Positions 1-7,367 of a DNA stretch of 10,559 nt are shown here, piece by piece. Position 1 is the stretch's first letter, and each line of letters begins with the position of its first letter. The notes under the pieces are model-generated. The model was not told the origin of the DNA. It saw only the letters and a list, made by a program, of their open reading frames with translations, and ran no database searches. The stretch is from Octopus vulgaris. Lineage: Eukaryota. Location of the stretch: positions 1 to 10,559 of the forward strand of contig CATOCA020000061.1 of the NCBI GenBank assembly GCA_951406725.2. The letters run 5' to 3'. A program made the translations under genes and the position numbers.

Positions 1-39
1 AAAGCCAACTTTGTTTGTTTGTTTGTTTACATTCACCTT

Positions 40-46
<7 letters not shown>

Positions 47-108
<62 letters not shown>
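47..108. repeat. (TA)n microsatellite
   Basis: Pure TA dinucleotide run abutting the truncated 3' side of the SINE. Confidence 0.97.
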
Positions 109-111
<3 letters not shown>

Positions 112-275
112 GAGCTTCTTTCAGTTTCCATCTACCACTCACAAGGCTTTGGTTGGCCCGAGGTTATAATAGAAGACACACTTGCCCAAGGTGCCATGCA
201 GTGGGACTGAACTGAAAAACATGCAGTTGCAACACAAACTGCTTAAGCAACACACACGTGGCCATGCCTGCATCT
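109..275 (-). mobile_element. tRNA-derived SINE, 5' part (head plus CORE-like segment), truncated at a (TA)n run
   Basis: Minus strand reads ATGCAGGCATGGCCACGTG (degenerate A box), then GTTCAGTCC (B-box-like, 212-204), then CACCTTGGGCAAGT (resembles the MIR/CORE motif GACCTTGGGCAAGT), then AAAGCCTTGTGAGTGGTAGATGGAAACTGAAAGAAGC. This resembles abundant octopus SINEs as I recall them; no database check was possible. Confidence 0.8.
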
Positions 276-683
276 ATATCATACACTCATCAATAATTCA
301 TTTCACTTTTATCTCGAATTCCCTCGAGAACGTCATGGACATCATCACACCTCAACATATTTCTATCTCCTCCACCAATATCTGAGACTTCATCCTTTAC
401 CCCAAGACTTCCTCATTTCTCCATGCTTTGTTTAGTCCATCTCTTAGATTTTGATTTATAAAGAGGCACTCATTATCGTAATGGGCTCCTTGAGAGCGGT
501 CAGCTAATTTTTTATTGTTGATGTCGACATAAGTTCTAACATGACGAGAAATCTGCATAATGTACTCTTTATTCCCTCGGAATTAGGAATATGCAGCCTT
601 CGAAACATAATAGTCGAAGAAGATAAAGGATATTTGGGTTAACTAGTCAAAAGTTCAACTCCATTCTTTCATGAAACTTATAA

Positions 684-688
<5 letters not shown>

Positions 689-742
<54 letters not shown>
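689..742. repeat. (TA)n microsatellite
   Basis: Pure TA run. Confidence 0.97.
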
Positions 743-753
<11 letters not shown>

Positions 754-759
754 TATAAA

Positions 760-985
760 GTGTCATCGTATGCCGCTAGAAGATATGAGCTAAATGGCTT
801 TGGGTTGCTGCTGTCAACGCACATATGATTTTATACATACACTTATTTTGACAGGGAGTGAAAACTACTGACATCTCTATACCGTACGGTTTCATCTCTA
901 GACCGGTACATATGGTATATATGTAGATCGGTATATATGTGCGTTGACAGCAGCAACAGATCCATTTACACTTATTTCTAGCAGT
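760..985 (-). mobile_element. Small fold-back element, probable 5'-truncated Penelope-like element end with an inverted copy of its terminus
   Basis: Inverted arms 775-826 and 935-982, with a perfect 23-bp core GTTGCTGCTGTCAACGCACATAT (804-826 / 935-957). The spacer holds a hammerhead 3' half on the minus strand (GAAA-CCGTACGG-TA, 893-880). (TA)n lies on both sides. Confidence 0.55.
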
Positions 986-1332
986 TTTATATATATATAT
1001 ATATATCAGTCATATATATAATATACGTTTATTGTTTTCCTTTCAGGTGAAACTCTGCTAACTAGCTGCCTCATATAATTACACAACGCACACTCGCACA
1101 CACATATATATACACTTGTACACCTGTATATATGCAACTATCAGTCTATGTATATATATTCGTGTGTGTAGAGTCCTGAGTTATCTCCTCCACACGTTCC
1201 AATCAGAAGGCACCACCATTACACTTTCCGGCTGATTGATATATATGTATGTGACAAACTATATTCTCAACGAACTCGTTGTTGGTCTACCCTATATCGA
1301 TTGGTTCGGGTATATATATGTATTTGCACTTC

Positions 1333-1363
<31 letters not shown>

Positions 1364-1426
1364 CCCTGTGTAAACTATATGTATTTGACTTGAGATTTCC
1401 ATGTATGTATATATAGTGTCACGCAA

Positions 1427-1472
<46 letters not shown>

Positions 1473-1776
1473 GTAGGTCCGGGTTGAGTCGGGGTTAACC
1501 ACAGTAAATAAGGTACTCAATACATAGCAGAGTAAATTTATTTTATTTTATAGAAGGAGCTTCACAGGACTAGAACTGTTTCATTCAAAAGAAATCATCA
1601 GGAAGCTAGGTGACAAGAATAGTTTTGGCATTTATACAATTAGGCAGGTTTAAAAGAGGTGGTGGTGGGGGACTTTTGGGGTAGGCATGGCGCAAACTAT
1701 CATGTAGGGGAGGGGAGGTCAAAGGAATCAGTGATAAAGTAGATAAAAGAATAAATAGAATAATAGAGTATGTATA

Positions 1777-1808
<32 letters not shown>

Positions 1809-2143
1809 GTATATATATCACATATACACATCACACACACACACACACACATATATGTATATATATATATGTATATATATACACACACATACATATATAT
1901 GTGTATATATATATGTATATATATATATACATATATACATATACATACACATACATATATACATCCATATACACATGTACATATGCACCCATATGTACAT
2001 ACATCTACGTACCCATACCCATATATACATATATATATATGTATATATACACATATATATATATAAAATATAATATAAATATAAATACAAATACAAATAT
2101 AAAGGAGGATATACACCCCCATACACACACGCTCATATATCTA

Positions 2144-2175
<32 letters not shown>

Positions 2176-2189
2176 CACACACATACATA

Positions 2190-2251
<62 letters not shown>

Positions 2252-2404
2252 TATACACATACATATACATACACACATACATACACATACATATGCATAT
2301 ACATGCGCACACATACACACACGTTTCTTCCCTAATTTTATATTTTATATATACATACATACACATACACATAAAACTACATACCTACATATACATAAAC
2401 ACAC
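1473..2404 (-). mobile_element. Hammerhead-terminated Penelope-like element fragment E1, left (inverted) copy with 3' extension
   Basis: 1548-1770 is the reverse complement of about 4120-4345. Internal landmarks also pair: 1960-2025 with 3900-3965, 2090-2140 with 3775-3845, 2320-2345 with 3570-3597, and 2346-2404 with 2433-2491. The copy carries a hammerhead, AATAAA signals (1547-1537, minus) and a unique tail 1545-1473 that ends in (TA)n. Confidence 0.65.
1558..1607 (-). ncRNA. Type I minimal hammerhead ribozyme, copy lacking the cleavage-site nucleotide N17 (probably inactive)
   Basis: Minus strand: AGCTTC-CTGATGA-TTTCTTTTGAAT-GAAA-CAG TTCTAGTC CTG-T-[no A]-GAAGCT. Confidence 0.75.
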
Positions 2405-2781
2405 ACATATATATATATATACATGTACGCCGGTGTGTTTATGTATATGTAGGTATGTAGTTTTATGTGTATGTGTATGTATGTATATATACATATGTGT
2501 AAATAGGTATATATGTATGTATATATATATATGTTTATATGTATATATGTATGTATATATATATGTATGTATATATATACGTATGTATATATATACTTAT
2601 ATATATATTATGTATGAGTATGCATGTATGTATATATAGTATATGTATGTATGCATGTATATATATGTATATATATATGTATGTGTATATATGTATATAT
2701 ATATATGTATATATATATATATGTATATATATATGTATGCGTATGTATGTGTTGGTGTATATATGTGTATATATGTGTATT

Positions 2782-2858
<77 letters not shown>

Positions 2859-2949
2859 GCCTGTATACCTCTGTGTTGATGCATATGTATGTAATAGGGT
2901 GTGCGTATGTAGATGTATGTATGTATGTAGATGTGTGTGTATGTATATG

Positions 2950-2994
<45 letters not shown>

Positions 2995-3661
2995 GTGTGT
3001 ATATAGGTGTATGTGTATATATGTGTGAGTATATATACGTGTATATGTATGTATGTATGTGTATGTGTGTATATGTATGGACTTGTTGGGTTTTTTTTTT
3101 ATATATGTAGATAGATGTGTGTGCGTGTATGTGCGTAGATATGCGTATGTGTATTGGTATGTGCATGTGTATATATATATGTGTATGTATATGTATAGAT
3201 ATATGGATGTATGTGTATGTAGGTATGTATATGACTGGTGTAAGTATATATGTGTATGTATATATAGGTATGTGCGTGCGTATGTGGTTTTGTGTGTACA
3301 TAGTTATGTGTACGTTATATGTGAAAGTCGGTACACTTATGTATGTATGAATATAACACGTGCGTTTGTGTGTGTATGAGTGTGCGTGTGTGTGTGTGTG
3401 CGTGTGTGAGTGTTTGTGTTCGTATCAGTGTGAAGAAAGTTCCGCCATAGAAAGGAAGAGAGGAGAGGGGCAGATAAATGGTGTCTTTAGGCCGGCTAAG
3501 CAACTCCCTTGGGAGAGCTGGCCTGTTGGGTCGAGGTCAAAATAAAAATAAAGATAAAGATAAAGACACATAAAATTAAAATTAGGGAAGAAACGTGTGT
3601 GTATGTGTGTGCATGTATATGCATATGTATGTGTATGTATGTGTGTATGTATATGTATATG

Positions 3662-3713
<52 letters not shown>

Positions 3714-4005
3714 TGTATATGTATGTGTGTGTGTATATATATATGTATGTATATATATGTATATATATATATATATAGATATATGAGCGTGTGTGTATGG
3801 GGGTGTATACACAAATCCTCCTCAATTATATTTGTATTTGTATTTATATTTATATTTATTTTTTATATATATGTGTGTAGAGATATGAGTGTATGTATGA
3901 GTATGGGTAAGGGGGTGTACGTAGATGTATGTAAATAGGTGCATATGTACATGTGTATATGGATGTGTGTGTGTGTGTATGTGTATATGTATATATATGT
4001 ATGTA

Positions 4006-4062
<57 letters not shown>

Positions 4063-4092
4063 ATGTGTATATATATGTGCATATATGTGTAT
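1771..4092. repeat. Compound microsatellite DNA (TA, CA/TG, TACA/TATG, TACACA units) with small unique islands
   Basis: Direct reading. The plus strand is CA-rich up to about 2420 and GT-rich afterwards, so polarity flips at the inverted-repeat centre. Confidence 0.95.
2346..2491. repeat. Perfect 59-bp inverted repeat with 28-nt spacer (symmetry centre of the large fold-back)
   Basis: 2346-2404 is the exact reverse complement of 2433-2491, including the non-microsatellite landmarks ATAAAACTACATACCTAC / GTAGGTATGTAGTTTTAT. Confidence 0.93.
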
Positions 4093-4348
4093 AAGCCCTG
4101 AGAGTCTCCTTATTTACCTAAAACTCTATTATTCTATTTATTCTTTTATCTACTTTATCACTGATTCCTTTGACCCTCCCCTAAGAATGATAGTTTGTAC
4201 ATGCCTACCCCCCAAAAGTCCCCCACCACCACCCCTTTAAACCTGCCTATTCAATGTATAAATGCGAAAACTATTCTTGACACCAAGCTTCCTGATGATT
4301 TCTTTGAATGAAACAGTTCTAGTCCTGTAGAAGCTCCTTCATATAAAT
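2433..4348 (+). mobile_element. Hammerhead-terminated Penelope-like element fragment E1, right copy (longer internally, no 3' extension)
   Basis: Inverted partner of 1473-2404. It has an extra internal segment of about 1.08 kb (2492-3570), which includes a unique island at 3421-3540. It ends just after an intact hammerhead, running into (TA)n. Confidence 0.65.
4286..4335 (+). ncRNA. Type I minimal hammerhead ribozyme, canonical core, predicted GUA cleavage after 4329
   Basis: Stem I AGCTTC (4286-4291) pairs with GAAGCT (4330-4335). Core CTGATGA is at 4292-4298. Stem II is short: TTC/GAA (4300-4308), closed by a T-T mismatch. GAAA is at 4310-4313. Stem III ACAG/CTGT has loop TTCTAGTC with a central CTAG palindrome. 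The cleavage triplet GTA is at 4327-4329. Confidence 0.85.
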
Positions 4349-4385
4349 ATATATATATATATGCCATATATATATATATATATAT

Positions 4386-4519
4386 ATACACGCATACGTA
4401 TTTACAATACATACACTATGTATATATATTTATATAATATATATATTATATTGTATATATATATATGTATAATATACATATACATACGTCAATGTGTTCC
4501 ATGGCATAATACACACACA

Positions 4520-4593
<74 letters not shown>

Positions 4594-4834
4594 TAGAAAA
4601 TTGAGGTAATCAGATCAAATGGTTCATATTTGTAGATATTTATTTATATATTACATTTTTTACATATATATCATATCATATCATTCGGATTTCGGATTAG
4701 CGCTTGCTCATTCTAGTGGGCTTTTCAAATCAAATCAGTTGTGGGAAGTTTGAACATTTTATAGTTTTGTAGTAGTGGGTGAGGAGGAAGTGAGACAGAG
4801 AAAAATGTGTGTATGTGTATGTGTGTGTGTGTGT

Positions 4835-4871
<37 letters not shown>

Positions 4872-5111
4872 TGCGCGTTTATATCTGAGAGTGAAGAAGT
4901 GTTATTTCCGTTGGTCTACTGGACCGCCTGTGGTTTTATAAGAACTTTGGCCGTCCATTTCGATGTCACTGAGTGTGTGTGTGCTTTGGGGATCGGGGTA
5001 CTTTGGCCTGGCAAATGTCATTTGGGGATCCGGTGTGTACTATGATCATTCTGTGGTAGGTGTGTGTGTGTGTGTGTGTCTCTGTGTCCGTGTGTGTTTT
5101 TGTGTGCGTGC

Positions 5112-5142
<31 letters not shown>

Positions 5143-5183
5143 TGTGTGTATGTGTCTCTGTGTGTTTGGAGAAGGAGAGAGAC
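4386..5183 (-). repeat. Left arm of second large inverted repeat (element E2 plus its 3' flank)
   Basis: Reverse complement of 5926-6789. Matching blocks: 4386-4520 with 6655-6789, 4590-4810 with 6300-6530, 4870-5060 with 6060-6240, and 5060-5183 with 5926-6060. Confidence 0.93.
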
Positions 5184-5350
5184 AAAAAGAGAAAAGGGAA
5201 AATAAAAAAAAATAATAATAAAAATAAAAAATAAATAAAAAAATATAGAAATATAAAAATAAAAATAAAATATAAAATATAAAAAAATAAAAAAAATATA
5301 TAAGAATAAATAAAAATAAAAAAAAATAAATAAAATAAAAATAAAAATAA
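5184..5350 (+). repeat. A-rich low-complexity tract, degenerate (AAAAT)n
   Basis: Almost exclusively A with interspersed T. It begins exactly where the inverted-repeat arm ends at 5183. Confidence 0.9.
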
Positions 5351-5768
5351 GGGAGGAAGTCAGGAGAAGAAAAAATATTTTTGTGTGTTGATATTTATAC
5401 CAACACATATATATACACGCACACAGACTTTACATAAAATATTTGAAAAAACCTTTTTATCGGTTCAAAATGAACAACCAAATTAGGGCGTACCATCTTG
5501 AAAATTGTATATCATAAAATTAAAGTGACAATTAAAAGGTAAAGATGGTGAGAGAATGGGTATAAAGATAATAATATAATATGATGTATATAACAGGCAA
5601 TACACACATCTACACACACACAGATTTGTCCTTCAATGTATGTTGAGTAAAGTTTCAGCCATTTAATTTGGGGGAGAACTTAGCTATGAAATGTTTTTGG
5701 GGGGCCATATTCCTCCTGGCGGAAAGGGGTGTCGTTCTTCGGACACTTGAGGTAGAAGGGAAATATAT

Positions 5769-5827
5769 TGTGTGTGTGTGTGTATTTACACATATACATA
5801 CATACCTATATACATACATATATAGCC

Positions 5828-5877
<50 letters not shown>

Positions 5878-5925
5878 TGTATTTATACTACATGTGTCAT
5901 CTGCAGAAAAAATAAGCACACATAC
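5769..5925 (-). repeat. Inverted copy of 6786-6975 (third, interlocked inverted repeat)
   Basis: GTATTTATACTACATGTGTCATCTGCAGAAAAAATAAGCACACATAC (about 5879-5925) is the reverse complement of 6786-6832 with one mismatch. GTATTTACACATATA and CATACCTA also have inverted partners at about 6925-6962. Confidence 0.9.
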
Positions 5926-6228
5926 GTCTCTCTCCTTCTCCAAACACACAGAGACACACACACACATACACACATACACACACATTGCACACACACACAC
6001 ACGCATTTTCACAGTTTTAAAACACACACGGACACACAGAGACACACACACACACACACACACCTCCACAGAATGATCATAGAAAGTGTGACCCCAAATG
6101 ACATTTGCCAGGCCAACCTACGCACAACACACACTCAGTGACATCGAAATGGACGGCCAAAGTTCTTATAAAACCACAGGCGGTCCAGTAGACCAACGGA
6201 AATAACACTTCTTCACTCTCAGATATAA

Positions 6229-6260
<32 letters not shown>

Positions 6261-6579
6261 GCACACACACATATACACACACACACACACATACACATAC
6301 ACATATTTTTCTCTGTGTCACTTCCTCCTCACCCACTACTACAAAACTATAAATGTATGTTCAAACTTCCCACAACTGATTTGATTTGAAAAGCCCACTA
6401 GAATGGGAGCAAGCGCTAATCCGAAATCGAATGATATGATATGATATATATGTAAAATATGTATGTAATATATAAATAAATATCTACAAATATGAACCAT
6501 CTGATCTGATTACCTCAATTTTTCTAATATATAATACCTGTACATCATCTCCAAACCTTCCGATATATATCTATATATA

Positions 6580-6662
<83 letters not shown>

Positions 6663-6789
6663 ATTATGCCATGGAACACATTGACGTATGTATATTATAA
6701 CATATTATAATACAGTACAATATAATATATATATTATATATAATATATATATACATAAGTGTATGTATTGTAAATACGTATGCGTGTAT
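5926..6789 (+). repeat. Right arm of second large inverted repeat; contains putative Penelope-like element end E2 (to about 6565) with a hammerhead-like motif and a 3' extension
   Basis: Inverted partner of 4386-5183. Segment 6531-6565 is present only in this arm. AATAAA is at 6475-6480 and a hammerhead-like motif at 6378-6428. Confidence 0.85.
6378..6428 (+). ncRNA. Degenerate or variant hammerhead-like motif (second copy at 4688-4736, minus strand)
   Basis: GATTT-GAT / TTGAAAA (U3-A8 in place of C3-G8) / G-CCCA-CTAGAA-TGGG-A / GCAA (for GAAA) / GCGC / TA / ATC-CG-AAATC. A palindromic AGCGCT occupies the stem III position. Confidence 0.4.
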
Positions 6790-6828
6790 GTGTGCTTATT
6801 TTTTCTGCAGATGAAACATGTAGTATAA

Positions 6829-6927
<99 letters not shown>

Positions 6928-6960
6928 GGTATGTATGTATATGTGTATATATGTGTAAAT

Positions 6961-7000
<40 letters not shown>

Positions 7001-7001
<1 letters not shown>

Positions 7002-7171
7002 GTTGTGCAAATTTACGTGAAAGAAAAGTCGAAGAGAGGTGAGGGAAGAACAATAAGATGTTTTAGTTCGGGAAGAATGGAAAAAACCTATGACCTTTCG
7101 AGCCTACGCTCTTCGACAGAAAAGGTTTAAGAGGAATAAATGGGGAGAGAACAAAAAGAAAAGGACGGGGT
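7001..7171 (-). mobile_element. Short solo element between TA runs, probable Penelope-like element terminal fragment
   Basis: About 170 bp of unique purine-skewed sequence flanked by (TA)n on both sides, containing a hammerhead-like motif at 7084-7128. Confidence 0.5.
7084..7128 (-). ncRNA. Variant minimal hammerhead-like motif
   Basis: Minus strand: AAACCTTTT-CTGTCGA-A-GAGC GTAG GCTC-GAAA-G-GTC-ATAGGTTT. Stem II is a perfect 4 bp, GAAA and the GUC triplet are present, and stem I is imperfect. The core has U at position 6 and an extra A. Confidence 0.55.
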
Positions 7172-7203
<32 letters not shown>

Positions 7204-7291
7204 CTCTATTATATATATTATATATATATATATATATATAGCCATATATATATATATATACAATATATATATATATATACATACGTATATA

Positions 7292-7367
7292 TACTCTTTT
7301 ACTCTTTTACTTGTTTCAGCCATCCGGCTGAGGCCATGCTGGGGCACCGCCCTTGTTGCTACCCTCT
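7292..7367 (-). promoter_or_regulatory. LINE 3' UTR: two stem-loops plus (GTAAAAGA)2-GTA tail (putative RT recognition signal)
   Basis: Minus strand: hairpin GGC-G-GTGC-CCCA-GCAT-G-GCC, then a perfect hairpin TCAGCC-GGAT-GGCTGA (7331-7316), then AACAA-GTAAAAGA-GTAAAAGA-GTA running into (TA)n. Confidence 0.8.

Noticed and set aside
200-275. tRNA gene
   Set aside because: Only degenerate A/B boxes with no cloverleaf; it is the SINE head.
397-580. Open minus-strand stretch (MQISRHVRTYVDINNKKLADRSQGAHYDNECLF...) in the only sizeable unique AT-rich region
   Set aside because: Under 60 codons, with no recognisable domain and no convincing splice sites; compatible with chance.
1028-1075. TTTATTGTTTTCCTTTCAG/GTGAAAC, either a splice-acceptor-like site or a stem II-GAAA hammerhead remnant
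   Set aside because: No coherent exon follows, and there is no CUGANGA or stem III, so neither reading is supported.
4880-5050. Peptide [30 protein letters not shown] as an exon or endonuclease remnant, and slight similarity of GTGAAGAA...TTCCG to 3430-3445
   Set aside because: It is duplicated only as part of the inverted repeat and lacks the key conserved residues. The nucleotide similarity is too short to be significant.
5700-5760. Minus-strand CCGAAGA inside the hairpin GTGTC...GACAC as another hammerhead core
   Set aside because: No correctly spaced stem II, GAAA and UH elements follow it.
1473-6789. DNA transposon (Foldback or MITE) explanation for the large inverted repeats
   Set aside because: The arms are unequal and end at different points, with no defined TIR ends, identifiable target duplication or transposase. 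Ribozyme motifs favour a retroelement origin, although a TA duplication would be invisible inside (TA)n.
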